Positions 8,978 to 22,927 of a stretch of DNA of 64,000 nucleotides are shown here, in pieces. Position 1 is the stretch's first letter. The number at the start of each line of letters is the position of its first letter. The position numbers and the translations under genes are program-made. Source of the DNA: Deinococcota bacterium (GTDB lineage Bacteria; Deinococcota; Deinococci; Deinococcales; Thermaceae); NCBI GenBank assembly GCA_041695225.1, contig JBGFRI010000001.1, positions 1 to 64,000 of the forward strand, in the 5' to 3' direction. The notes below the pieces were generated by a model that searched no databases, was not told the origin of the DNA, and saw only the letters and a list, made by a program, of their open reading frames with translations.

Positions 8978-11023
8978 ATGAAACTGAGCAGCTATGCGGT
9001 CGGGGCCTGGTATCAGAGCTCGGATGACGGAACCCTGGTGGCCGATGCGGTCTATGGGCGGCCGGTGGCCCAGGTGAGCAGCAAAGGGCTACATTTTGGC
9101 GGGATGGTGGATTATGCCCGCAAGGTGGGTAGCCCCGGCCTTCAGCGCTACACCTTTCATCAACGCGCAGCCATGCTTCGGGCCCTGGCCCAGTACCTCA
9201 CCGAGCGTAAAGAGGCTTTTTACCAGCTTTCTTTCAAAACCGGCGCAACCCGACGCGATGCCTGGATAGATGTTGATGGCGGTATCGGAACGTTTTTCAG
9301 TTATTCTTCGCTAGCCCGGCGTGAGCTGCCGAATGAGCGCTTTTTAGTGGAGGACGACCCCCAGATGCTCTCCAAACAGGGCACCTTCCTGGGGCGCCAC
9401 CTGCTAGTACCCAAAACAGGGGTGGCGGTGCACATTAACGCCTTCAACTTTCCGGTCTGGGGCATGCTGGAAAAACTGGCTCCAGGATTAATTGCTGGTG
9501 TACCGGCTATCGTAAAACCAGCCACCCCGACCGCCTACCTGACCGAGGCTGTTTTCAAAGCCATGATTGAGTCTGGCATCCTGCCGGAAGGGGCCATACA
9601 GCTTGTTTGTGGCGGAGTCGGCGACCTGCTCGAGCATCTCAATGAACAAGACATCGTGACCTTTACGGGCTCGGCCTCCACCGGGCGTAAGCTGAAGGTT
9701 CATCCCAACCTGATCGTGCACTCGGTGCCCTTCAACATGGAAGCCGACAGCCTGAACTGCGCCATACTGGGCCAGACCGTCGAGCCTGGCGACGAGGAGT
9801 TCGAGTTATTCATCAACGAAGTGTCCAACGAGATACTGGTCAAGGCCGGGCAAAAGTGTACGGCCATTCGCCGGGTGCTGGTGCCCAGAGATAAGACTGA
9901 AGCGGTGCTCGAGGCTCTCAAATCTCGGCTTTACCGGGTGGTGCTGGGCGACCCCAGCCGCGGTGAGGTAGGTATGGGGCCGCTGGTGGGAGCCAGCCAG
10001 CGCGACGAGGTGGCAGCAGTGGTACAAAGGCTGCGGCAGGACTGCGAGCTGGTTTACCAGGGAGGGGCAGAGACCCTGGGCGGGGACTGGGAAAAAGGCG
10101 GATTCATGGCGCCCACCCTGCTCTACAGTCGCCGGCCCTGGGAATCTAGCGCGCACGACCTCGAGCCTTTTGGCCCTGTTGCCACCATAATGCCCTACGA
10201 GAATCTGGACGAGGCCGTAGCCCTGGCCCGCCGGGGTAAGGGCAGCCTGGTGGGCTCGATTGTGACCCGCGACCGCCAGGAGGCCAGGTTCCTGTTCTTT
10301 GGCTGCGCCACCCACCACGGGCGGATGCTGATCCTGAACCGTGACAACGCCAGGGAGTCCACCGGCCACGGCTCTCCCCTACCCCTGCTGATCCACGGGG
10401 GGCCGGGCCGGGCTGGGGCAGGTGAGGAGCTGGGCGGGGTACGGGGCATTAAGCACTATATGCAGCGCTGCGCGGTACAGGCCGACCCCACCACCCTTTC
10501 GGTACTGAGTAACGAGTATGTGCGTGGGGCCGAGGTGCAGGAGGATATACTTCACCCTTTTCGCAAATACTTTGAAGACCTGCAAATTGGCGAGAGCCTG
10601 CTTACCCACCGCCGCACCGTCACCGAGGCCGATATTGTGAACTTTGCAAACCTTAGCGGCGACTACTTTTACGCCCATGTGGATGAAATCGGGGCCAGGG
10701 ATTCAATTTTTGGCAAGCGGGTGGCCCACGGCTACTTCTTGATCGCTGCCGCCGCAGGCTTGTTTGTTAGCCCAGCGCCAGGGCCAGTGCTGGCCAACTA
10801 TGGGCTGGAGAAACTGCGCTTTATTGAGCCTGTGGGCATTGGCGACACCATCCAGGCCCGGCTAACAGTTAAATCCAAGACCGCCAAAGACCCCCGGCCC
10901 GGCGAGCGGCATACCGGGGTGGTAACCTGGGTGGTGGAGATTTTTAACCAGGCAGGCAAGACGGTCTCGCTCTACGAAATCCTCACTCTGGTGGAGCAGA
11001 GGCCCAAAGCACCCCAGGCCTGA
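8978..11023 (+). CDS. paaZ: Bifunctional PaaZ (aldehyde dehydrogenase plus MaoC hydratase)
   Basis: [28 protein letters not shown] and C-terminal MaoC domain. Confidence 0.95.
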   Translation: MKLSSYAVGAWYQSSDDGTLVADAVYGRPVAQVSSKGLHFGGMVDYARKVGSPGLQRYTFHQRAAMLRALAQYLTERKEAFYQLSFKTGATRRDAWIDVDGGIGTFFSYSSLARRELPNERFLVEDDPQMLSKQGTFLGRHLLVPKTGVAVHINAFNFPVWGMLEKLAPGLIAGVPAIVKPATPTAYLTEAVFKAMIESGILPEGAIQLVCGGVGDLLEHLNEQDIVTFTGSASTGRKLKVHPNLIVHSVPFNMEADSLNCAILGQTVEPGDEEFELFINEVSNEILVKAGQKCTAIRRVLVPRDKTEAVLEALKSRLYRVVLGDPSRGEVGMGPLVGASQRDEVAAVVQRLRQDCELVYQGGAETLGGDWEKGGFMAPTLLYSRRPWESSAHDLEPFGPVATIMPYENLDEAVALARRGKGSLVGSIVTRDRQEARFLFFGCATHHGRMLILNRDNARESTGHGSPLPLLIHGGPGRAGAGEELGGVRGIKHYMQRCAVQADPTTLSVLSNEYVRGAEVQEDILHPFRKYFEDLQIGESLLTHRRTVTEADIVNFANLSGDYFYAHVDEIGARDSIFGKRVAHGYFLIAAAAGLFVSPAPGPVLANYGLEKLRFIEPVGIGDTIQARLTVKSKTAKDPRPGERHTGVVTWVVEIFNQAGKTVSLYEILTLVEQRPKAPQA

Positions 11024-11027
11024 AGGG

Positions 11028-11870
11028 TTAGAGGGGTTCGGCCAGATAGCCTTTCTCAGTACGAACCAGCCGCCCCAGCGGATGCCCTGGCTCGTGGGTA
11101 AAACCGAGAAGGTACTGGCCGTCTATCCAGCGCTCGTACATCTGCTTACGGGTCTGAAGGGTGGTCATGGGGTACAGATCGAAAGCCATGATGTAAAGGA
11201 GTGGCGTCTGCATCATGGTTGGGATCAGTTCGGCGGGATAGGCAAAATTCTGACCCTCTGAGGCAAGTTCTACGGCCTGCATCCCCAGGGTGTGGCCGGG
11301 AACCGGCACCACCCGCAGCCCTGGCAGAATCTCGGCCTCTCCTTCCACCAGCTCAAACTGGTGCAGGATGGGCTCAATATTCTCGCTAAAATAGCTAGCC
11401 CGGCTACGCTCATGGGGGTGAGTGGCGTCTTCCAGCTCTTGCTTCTGCACGATGTGCCGGGCCTTGGGAAAGGTGGGCAGCAGCTTGCCATCTAGCAGGC
11501 GGGTGTTGAGTCCGGCATGGTCGAAGTGCAGGTGGGTATTGATGACCAGGGTAATATCCTGGGGCTGCACCCCCAGCAGTGCCAGCTGATCCAGAACCAG
11601 ACTGGTTTCGCTCAGACCGTAGATACGGCGGAATTTCTCACCGGGTTTGCGGTCAATGCCGGTCTCGACCAGTACAAGCTGCTCGCCCGTGCGAATGAGC
11701 AAAGGGTTCATCCCCAGGCGTACTCGGTTTTCCTCGTCGGGGGCAGTGAGCTTCGACCAGATAGTTTTGGGCACTATGCCAAAGGTCGAGCCTCCATCCA
11801 GCCATATCTCGCCGTCGTTCAGGAACCAGAGCTCAAAACTACCTAGCTTGTAGTAAACAATCGGGCGCAT
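11028..11870 (-). CDS. MBL-fold metallo-hydrolase (YtnP-like)
   Basis: LDGGSTFGIVPK, THLHFDHAG, PGHT. Confidence 0.9.
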   Translation of the reverse strand: MRPIVYYKLGSFELWFLNDGEIWLDGGSTFGIVPKTIWSKLTAPDEENRVRLGMNPLLIRTGEQLVLVETGIDRKPGEKFRRIYGLSETSLVLDQLALLGVQPQDITLVINTHLHFDHAGLNTRLLDGKLLPTFPKARHIVQKQELEDATHPHERSRASYFSENIEPILHQFELVEGEAEILPGLRVVPVPGHTLGMQAVELASEGQNFAYPAELIPTMMQTPLLYIMAFDLYPMTTLQTRKQMYERWIDGQYLLGFTHEPGHPLGRLVRTEKGYLAEPL

Positions 11871-12699
11871 CGGCAATGATTATTCCAGGTTTGTACACGC
11901 CGAGTCTACGCTGCATTACTGCTACTGCGTCCGGGCTCTGGTCAACCAGTACAAAACCCCGGCCGTGCTTTGCGGCTGCTTCGCCGGTTGTACCAGAGCC
12001 AGCGAAAAAGTCGAGAATCACGTCGCCCGGATTAGAGTGAACCCGCACGATACGCTCCAACAACTTGAGAGGCTTTTGCGTGGGGTAGCCGGTTTTTTCC
12101 CTCGAGGAGGTGGGTACAATGGTCATCCACCAGACATCGGTGGGGGTTTTGCCCCGGGCGGCTTTTTCCGGCCCCACCATCTTCGGGGCCAGGTAGGGAA
12201 TGCGGTCTATGGCCTGGTAGCTGAAGGTGTATTTGTGGGGATTTTTAGCGTACCACAGAAGCGTATCGTGCTTGGCGGGCCAGCACTTCTTAGAACGTCC
12301 TCCGTAATCATAGGCCCAGATAATCTCGTTGATAAAGTTTCTGCGTCCAAATATGACGTCCAGAGCGACCTTTATATAGTGCACCTCACGCGAGTCAAGG
12401 TGTACAAAGAGCGAGCCAGTGGGCGTGAGCAGTCGGTGGGCCTGTTCTAAGTGGGGAATCAGGAAGGCCTCGAAATCATCAAACCGGTCTGCATAGACCG
12501 GGGCGGCCAGTTCCTCGGTGCGGTAAAGTCTGCCGCCAAAGCCCTTGCGTCGGCCCGTCTGGTCGGCAACTGCTCGGATGCGCCGCCGCTGCTGGGTCTT
12601 GCGGGTATTGAATGGTGGGTCGAGGTAGATCAGCGGGAAGGCAGCATCGGGCAAGGTTGAGATATAGCTCAGAGACTCGGCCTGCACGATACGCTTCAT
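11839..12699 (-). CDS. N6-adenine/N4-cytosine DNA methyltransferase, beta class, orphan
   Basis: DPPF catalytic motif precedes YPTQKP and DFFAGSGTT. Confidence 0.92.
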   Translation of the reverse strand: MKRIVQAESLSYISTLPDAAFPLIYLDPPFNTRKTQQRRRIRAVADQTGRRKGFGGRLYRTEELAAPVYADRFDDFEAFLIPHLEQAHRLLTPTGSLFVHLDSREVHYIKVALDVIFGRRNFINEIIWAYDYGGRSKKCWPAKHDTLLWYAKNPHKYTFSYQAIDRIPYLAPKMVGPEKAARGKTPTDVWWMTIVPTSSREKTGYPTQKPLKLLERIVRVHSNPGDVILDFFAGSGTTGEAAAKHGRGFVLVDQSPDAVAVMQRRLGVYKPGIIIADAPDCLLQAR

Positions 12700-12831
12700 G
12701 GTCTTGATTCTAGCGGATTGAACGGAGCATGACGAACTACAGAAATACCTCGAGAGTGTCAGTATCCTAAAGCTCCACTGGACAAAGAGCTGCGCAAGGC
12801 TTGTGGCGAAATTTCTTCAAGCCACCGCTCG

Positions 12832-12870
12832 ACCCCACACCCTGCCCTCCCCCACACGTGGGGAGGAGAT
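12832..12870. repeat. C-rich/G-rich palindrome, REP-like or terminator
   Basis: CTCCCC-CACACGT-GGGGAG hairpin. Confidence 0.5.
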
Positions 12871-12908
12871 GCCTGAATGGGTCACCCCCAGTCTGCCTAC
12901 AACTCTGT

Positions 12909-14938
<2,030 letters not shown>

Positions 14939-14959
14939 GGGATACCTCGTCTAGGGTTG

Positions 14960-15235
14960 GTGGTCCAGGGTCAAAGGTCGAAGGACGAAGGTCGAAAGTT
15001 AGTCGCAAGTCCCAGGTCGCAGGTCAGAAGTAAGTCGAAGGTCTAATGTCGAGGGTCGAGGGTCAAAAGCTATCGGCTATCGGCTATAAGCTATCGGCTA
15101 ATAGAATGTCGCAGGTCGAGGGTCGAGGGTCAAAGGTCGAAGGACGAAAGTTAGTCGCAGTCGAGGGTCGAGAGTCTCGGGTCAAAAGCTATCCGCTATC
15201 AGCTATTAGCTGTCGGCTATAACCTACCGGCAGCC
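14960..15235 (+). repeat. Degenerate heptamer tandem array (GGTCGAR, GTCGCAG, GCTATCG units)
   Basis: Visible 7-nt periodicity; the unit order recurs twice within the block. Confidence 0.85.
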
Positions 15236-15264
15236 AACAAAAAACTCGAGGCCATAACCTCGAG
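15236..15264 (-). terminator. Attenuator terminator upstream of trpBA
   Basis: Minus strand CTCGAGG-TTATGG-CCTCGAG-TTTTTTGTT. Confidence 0.8.
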
Positions 15265-15300
15265 AAAAGCTCAAGCGCCGGTATTATGAGTTAACGCGAC

Positions 15301-15381
15301 TCAACCGCACAGCACTCGAGCCGGGCCAGACCACCATCTCTGGTGATGCCACTTATAGCTGCGGGGTGTGCGGCGTCGCAT
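15301..15381 (-). CDS. trpL: Trp leader peptide MRRRTPRSYKWHHQRWWSGPARVLCG
   Basis: 26-codon ORF with three Trp codons (two tandem) directly upstream of a terminator and trpBA. Confidence 0.82.
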   Translation of the reverse strand: MRRRTPRSYKWHHQRWWSGPARVLCG

Positions 15382-15691
15382 CTTAGTCTCGAGGTTAGCA
15401 GGCACAATAACCAGTCGTCAAGACATTGGAACAATATAACGGGCTGTCCCAGATAACTACACTATCTGCGGAGCGCATTTGAGCCAGGGACAGTATACGG
15501 GCGTCTGGTCTGCCTCCAGGGCGCGCTTCGCCGGTCTTGGCCTGCCCGTGGCTCCGCCCAGATGTCAAAGACCCCCGGTCTGGCACCCACTCGGAATTCA
15601 ATAGAGGCAGTTTAAAAAGCTGGGTGATCGAATGTTCTCTCAACAATACTAAAACCAGCGTAAGCGACCCACAGATTTGGCTTTACTACAC

Positions 15692-15768
<77 letters not shown>

Positions 15769-15784
15769 GCAAACAGCAAAGCAA

Positions 15785-15813
15785 AGTATAGGGGGCTAGC
15801 TCTGGCTCGTCAA
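15785..15813 (-). promoter_or_regulatory. tRNA-Ala promoter
   Basis: TTGACG-17 nt-TATACT on the minus strand. Confidence 0.8.
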
Positions 15814-16388
15814 GCCTCGTCGTCGGGGCGGTGGATAGGAACATCCAGCCCCTCGTACACTTCATCCAGGCTCAGGGTCGTATCAGGACACGGGAGGACC
15901 AGATCGCCGCTGCCTACTAGATCCAGGTACAGCCAGTTCTTGCCCTCGTGGTAGTAGGCCTCTACCCGGCGTGACAGTGAGTCCACCAGGACATAGGCCT
16001 TGAGGCTGGCAATCTTGCGGTACTTGTGCAGCTTCTCCCGGCGATCGGTGGCTTCGGTAGATCTGGACAGCACTTCCACAACCAGACAAGGAGACTTTTT
16101 GTAGTATTCACCCTCGTCGGGCTCACACACCACCATTACATCGGGGTAGTAGCTGGTGTAGCGGTCGACCTGCACTTTCATGCCGCTGGAGAATACCCGA
16201 CACCCACTCCCTCGAGCCTTTGCCCAGAGCACGCCAAGTACGTTGGTGGTTATGAGGTTGTGCGTACTGCTAACCCCCGCCGTCACATACATAACGCCGT
16301 CCACCAGTTCATGTTTGACCTGGGCTCGCTCTTCGAAAGCCAGGTATTCCTCGAAACTCAGGGGTTTAAGTATTTTGGCCGCGCCCAT
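15810..16388 (-). CDS. Uma2 family (DUF820) PD-(D/E)XK protein
   Basis: LSFEEYL..E, HELVDG, YPDVMV, VVEVLS.ST...DR.EK..Y. Confidence 0.9.
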   Translation of the reverse strand: MGAAKILKPLSFEEYLAFEERAQVKHELVDGVMYVTAGVSSTHNLITTNVLGVLWAKARGSGCRVFSSGMKVQVDRYTSYYPDVMVVCEPDEGEYYKKSPCLVVEVLSRSTEATDRREKLHKYRKIASLKAYVLVDSLSRRVEAYYHEGKNWLYLDLVGSGDLVLPCPDTTLSLDEVYEGLDVPIHRPDDEA

Positions 16389-16588
16389 ACTCCTAGTCTA
16401 GCAGCCCCCAAACAACGCCGAATTTGCTCCGCCACGGCGCTCCTCTTCAACTGCCCCTTCGACAGCCCATTCGGCACGCTACGGGCAAGGCTCAAGACTG
16501 GCCCCGAGGTGTAGCCAAAGGGAGGCAATCCCAAACCACCGTCGGAATACGCTGCGTTTATCTCCAGGATAGAATTAATCAACCGCAT

Positions 16589-16660
16589 CCTTCGACTGCC
16601 CCTTCGACAGGCTCAGGGCAGGCTCCTTCGACAGGCTCAGGGCAAGGCTCAGGACAAGCC
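16589..16660 (+). repeat. Repeat family C cluster (CCTTCGACAGGCTCAGGGCA)
   Basis: Two identical 20-nt units plus partial ones; decayed copies near 16455, 18771, 24351, 39100 and 44925. Confidence 0.8.
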
Positions 16661-16684
16661 TCGGCCACTTCGTCACTAAGAAAT

Positions 16685-16800
16685 GTCAAAGGTCGAAAGT
16701 CGAAGGCCACCAGTAATGCTCTAGACCTTTGACCTTCGGCTTTCGACAGCGCGTAGCGCTACTCACCCCCATCCTCGGCCACTCCTTCACCCAGCCTATT
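16685..16800 (-). repeat. Repeat family B copy
   Basis: 16685-16768 is the reverse complement of 58149-58232 with one mismatch. Confidence 0.9.
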
Positions 16801-17236
16801 ACTTCGTCAGCCTGTGGCCGCCGCGCAAAACAGGGCTTTCCCATGTATGTGACGAAGAGTGTCCTGTGGCCTTCTGGGTGAGAGGACAGGGTTGATCCGG
16901 TTTGCACGCCGGCAATGCAACTTACGCAGGACATGCCCCTATTTGGACAACAGAATGGCTACCTGATTAAGACTGGCGGTGCAGGCGGTGGGCCAGGTCA
17001 CTTTGAAGCGGGCGGCTAACTGTTCGGCAAAGGCTGCGTCCAGATTTTCCCGCGAGACCTCGAGGTGGAGGGTCTGGAACTCGTCTTAGGTGAAAAAGCT
17101 CTCTCGGCGTCGGTGGAATACTGATCGAGGGATGTGATATTGGCCACATGGTTGAAAGGAAAACTCGAGACCTCGGTACGATGTCGGGCCGGTCGGGGCA
17201 GGTGATCACAAGCCGTGCGGTGATATCGGACCGCAT
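16800..17236 (-). pseudogene. purU: Formyltetrahydrofolate deformylase remnant (5' part, frameshifted)
   Basis: ARLVITCPDRPDIV, ANITSLDQYSTD and EFQT..LEVSRENL..AF...LAARF...W...VAILLSK* lie in three frames. Confidence 0.78.
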
Positions 17237-17398
17237 ACCTGGTACTGGCCAGAGCCTTTAGTATAGAACCCAAGGCGCAAGGGCCTTACCTGGGTGCTGA
17301 TCGAAACGGGCTGGGCTGTCGGATTAGAATTGTCAAGAATGTCTACAGCCTGGCTCGAGAGGGATGAACTCTGGAGGCAGTGTGCTATCCTAAATTTC

Positions 17399-17635
17399 AT
17401 GAATGATCGTTCATTTCAGGACATCCTCGAGTGGGTGGTGTTAGGCCTCTTGATTGCCGTTGCCGCACTGGTGGTGCTCTGGGTTGGGGGCTGGCTTTTT
17501 ACCTTCCTGGGCGCCATTCTCAAGGAGCTGGCGGGCTTTGTTTGGGCGCTGTTGCGGGTGCTGGTTCCGGCCCTGATTGTAGTGGCGGTAATTTACTTTG
17601 TGGTGCGCTTTGTACAGAAGCCCAAAGCAGCCTGA
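17399..17635 (+). CDS. Small membrane protein (78 aa)
   Basis: Two or three hydrophobic helices; TATCCT 7 nt before ATG; terminator follows. Confidence 0.8.
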   Translation: MNDRSFQDILEWVVLGLLIAVAALVVLWVGGWLFTFLGAILKELAGFVWALLRVLVPALIVVAVIYFVVRFVQKPKAA

Positions 17636-17649
17636 CGTGGCCCTGTCTT

Positions 17650-17677
17650 CTGCCTGCTGGTAGGCGGGCAGTTTTTT
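17650..17677 (+). terminator. Intrinsic terminator
   Basis: CTGCCTGC-loop-GCGGGCAG-TTTTTT. Confidence 0.7.
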
Positions 17678-17695
17678 ACTGGACGCTGGAGTTTT

Positions 17696-18694
17696 GTGAA
17701 ACATGGCCCTCTGAATGCAATTACCGATGTTCCTGGTATCCAGGTGGGCCACTTTACCGATCTGGACAATCTTACCGGCGTTAGCGTAATCTTCCCCGAA
17801 AACGGAGCAGTGGCGGGGGTGGATGTGCGCGGCGGCGCGCCGGGCACGCGCGAAACCGATTTGCTGAACCCGGTCAACCTGGTCGAGAAGGTTAATGCCA
17901 TTGTGCTTTCAGGAGGGAGCGCCTATGGCCTCGAGGCCGCCTCGGGTGTGATGCGCTGGCTCGAGGAGCACGGCCACGGTTATCCTGTCGGCAACGAGAC
18001 CACCCAGGCCATTGTTCCCATCGTGCCGGCGGCGGTGATCTTCGATCTGCTGGTGGGTAGCCCCCAGGTGCGCCCCAGCGCGGAGTATGGCTACACTGCG
18101 GCAAAGAACCTGAAAGGCGGTACCGTCCTGCAAGGGGTGGTTGGGGTGGGTACGGGCGCGCGAAACGGTGGGCTGAAGGGCGGAACGGGAACTGCCAGCC
18201 TGATCATGCCGGGTGGGGTGGTGGTGGGGGCCATTGCTGCTGCCAACGCCCACGGACGGGTGCAAGACCCGGTGTCGGGAGAGCTATATGCGCGCTTCTT
18301 AGAACAAGAAGGCGAGTTCAAGCTCGCCCACGCCCCCAGACCCCTCGCCGCGCCTGACTACACCGATATCTTCACCAGGTCCTTTGTGCGCAGCGATACC
18401 GTGATTGGTTGTGTAGCCACCAACGCCCGACTGAGCAAGGCTCAGGCCCAAAAAGTCGCCCAGATGGCCCACGACGGCATCGCCCGGGCAGTCTTTCCGG
18501 CCCACACCATGTTCGATGGCGATGTGATTTTCTGCCTTGCCACCGGCGAAGTGGAGGTTGGGGGCCCGGCCGAGCTCAGCTTAATCGGGGCGGTGGCCGC
18601 CGATGTGTTCGCCAGGGCCCTGGTGCATGGAGTGTTGCATGCCTACTCGGTGGGGGGACTGGTCTCCTATCGCGAGCTATATGGGGCGGGCTGA
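17696..18694 (+). CDS. P1/S58 (DmpA-like) peptidase
   Basis: ITDVPGIQVGH, GGAPGTRETDLL, LSGGSAYGL, AHDGIARA.PAHTMFDGD. Confidence 0.9.
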   Translation: MKHGPLNAITDVPGIQVGHFTDLDNLTGVSVIFPENGAVAGVDVRGGAPGTRETDLLNPVNLVEKVNAIVLSGGSAYGLEAASGVMRWLEEHGHGYPVGNETTQAIVPIVPAAVIFDLLVGSPQVRPSAEYGYTAAKNLKGGTVLQGVVGVGTGARNGGLKGGTGTASLIMPGGVVVGAIAAANAHGRVQDPVSGELYARFLEQEGEFKLAHAPRPLAAPDYTDIFTRSFVRSDTVIGCVATNARLSKAQAQKVAQMAHDGIARAVFPAHTMFDGDVIFCLATGEVEVGGPAELSLIGAVAADVFARALVHGVLHAYSVGGLVSYRELYGAG

Positions 18695-19005
18695 GAGGCG
18701 GGGCCTACGTAAGTATGTTGGGGATCAATGCGCTGGTCGAGTTACATGGTAAGGCCCTGGTCATGCCGAACCCTTCGATAAACTCAGGGCAGACTCCTTC
18801 AATTTTAGCCCGTCAGCAGGCTCGGGGCAGCGCATATCTTCGCAGAGTTAAAGCAATGAGTCTGAGGTGTCGTACCGCTGGATACGCTTGCGTCTGGCAA
18901 CTGGCACGGAAGGGGCGATCTACCCTCGCGATACCAGGGCGGGGGGATTTAGCCAGGTGTGCGCAGGGGAAGGGAAAGTAAATAAGCAACGGTGCGGCCC
19001 TATTG

Positions 19006-21450
<2,445 letters not shown>

Positions 21451-21708
21451 AAGGCTAAGGTTTCCATGCAGGGAACCAGGTTTTAGCATACACCGCCGAT
21501 ACTCACTGGTCTGTGGTCTATCGACTATCGACAATCAACTATCACCAACACCCAAAGAACCAATAACGCTGTCTCTGAATTGACTGTGCAGCCACTCCAG
21601 CTTCGCTGCACCCTACCACTTGCTCGCTATGGACCACATGGGCTTATGAGTACAGGATAAGCTAATGCAAATGGAGCTGCCTGAGCGCCCTCGGGCCAGG
21701 GAGGTTAT

Positions 21709-22749
21709 GTGAACCGACCCATTCATGTTGCACTGATCGGCTATGGCTTTGCTGGCCGGGTGTTTCATGCACCGCTGATCCACAGCGTTTCGGGTATGCG
21801 CCTGGTGACTATTGCCAGCAGCCGGCCCGAAAAGGTCAAGTCAGACTGGCCCGAGGTCTGGGTGAGCGAGTCCGCCCAGGAGGTGATAACCCACCCCGAG
21901 ATTGACCTGGTGGTGATCGCTACGCCAAACCAGACCCATTTTGAGCTGGCCCAGCGCGCCTTGCAGGCCGGCAAGCACGTGGTGGTGGACAAGCCTTTTA
22001 CCATCCGGGCAGGCGAGGCCCTGGCCCTGGCCAGCCTGGCAGCTCAGACCAACAGACTGCTCTCGGTCTATCAGAACCGGCGCTGGGATGGGGACTTCCA
22101 GACAGTACAAAGGCTGCTCCAGGCCGGAACCCTGGGCGAGGTAGTATATTTCGAATCCCGTTTTGACCGCTACCGGCCCCAGGTGCGCCACCTCTGGCAT
22201 GAGCAGGCCGGGCCAGGAAGTGGCCTGTGGTACGATCTGGGGCCACACCTGGCCGATCAGGCGCTACAGCTATTTGGCCCTCCCGCAGCAGTGTGTGCCG
22301 ATATGGCCTGTCAGCGCGGCGGTGCGCAGACTACCGACTACTTTCACGTACTGCTGCGCTATGCCAGACTGCGGGTCGTTCTGCACGCCAGTATGCTGGT
22401 GGCGGGCGGCAGCCCGCGCTTTGTGCTCCATGGGGCCCAGGGCAGCTATGTGAAGTATGGGCAGGATACCCAGGAAGCAGCGCTCAGGCAGGGCCTGCTC
22501 CCCGGTTTACCGGGGTGGGGGCATGATTCACTGGAAGGTCAGCTCTACCTGCCCGAACAGGCTCCAGAGCCCATCCCCACCCAGCCCGGCGATTACCGCC
22601 ATTTCTATGCGGGGGTGCGGGATGCAATCCTGCACAATGGGCCCAACCCCGTTGCGCCAGAACAGGCGGTGCGACTGATGGAGCTGCTCGAGGCCGCCAT
22701 TCAGAGCGCGGCCGAGCGACGGGAGGTTTCGCTGGAGACAAAGGTATGA
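21709..22749 (+). CDS. Gfo/Idh/MocA oxidoreductase (YdgJ-like)
   Basis: GYGFAG, GKHVVVDKP, NRRWDGDF, YDLGPHL. Confidence 0.92.
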   Translation: MNRPIHVALIGYGFAGRVFHAPLIHSVSGMRLVTIASSRPEKVKSDWPEVWVSESAQEVITHPEIDLVVIATPNQTHFELAQRALQAGKHVVVDKPFTIRAGEALALASLAAQTNRLLSVYQNRRWDGDFQTVQRLLQAGTLGEVVYFESRFDRYRPQVRHLWHEQAGPGSGLWYDLGPHLADQALQLFGPPAAVCADMACQRGGAQTTDYFHVLLRYARLRVVLHASMLVAGGSPRFVLHGAQGSYVKYGQDTQEAALRQGLLPGLPGWGHDSLEGQLYLPEQAPEPIPTQPGDYRHFYAGVRDAILHNGPNPVAPEQAVRLMELLEAAIQSAAERREVSLETKV

Positions 22750-22927
22750 AAATCGGGCCAGACCGTGCCGGCATTGCCGAGCAGAAGGCGCGTCTGCGGT
22801 TTGATGGGCAGGCTACCTTCGAACTGGGACAAAAACCTAAGGCAACTGTCGGGACACTGCATAGTGCGACTGCGACTGGTGTAGGGTTTTTTGCTCCGCA
22901 CCTGGACGGCCTCTAAACCGAGGTGGC

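Noticed and set aside
14960..15235. Array as CRISPR
   Set aside because: 7-nt periodicity with no repeat-spacer structure
15395..15646. 83-aa ORF between tRNA-Ala and trpL
   Set aside because: TTG start, no recognisable motif, atypical composition
21451..21534. Longer glnS start at TTG 21534
   Set aside because: The extension begins inside a heptamer repeat; GlnRS similarity starts near NFITEII
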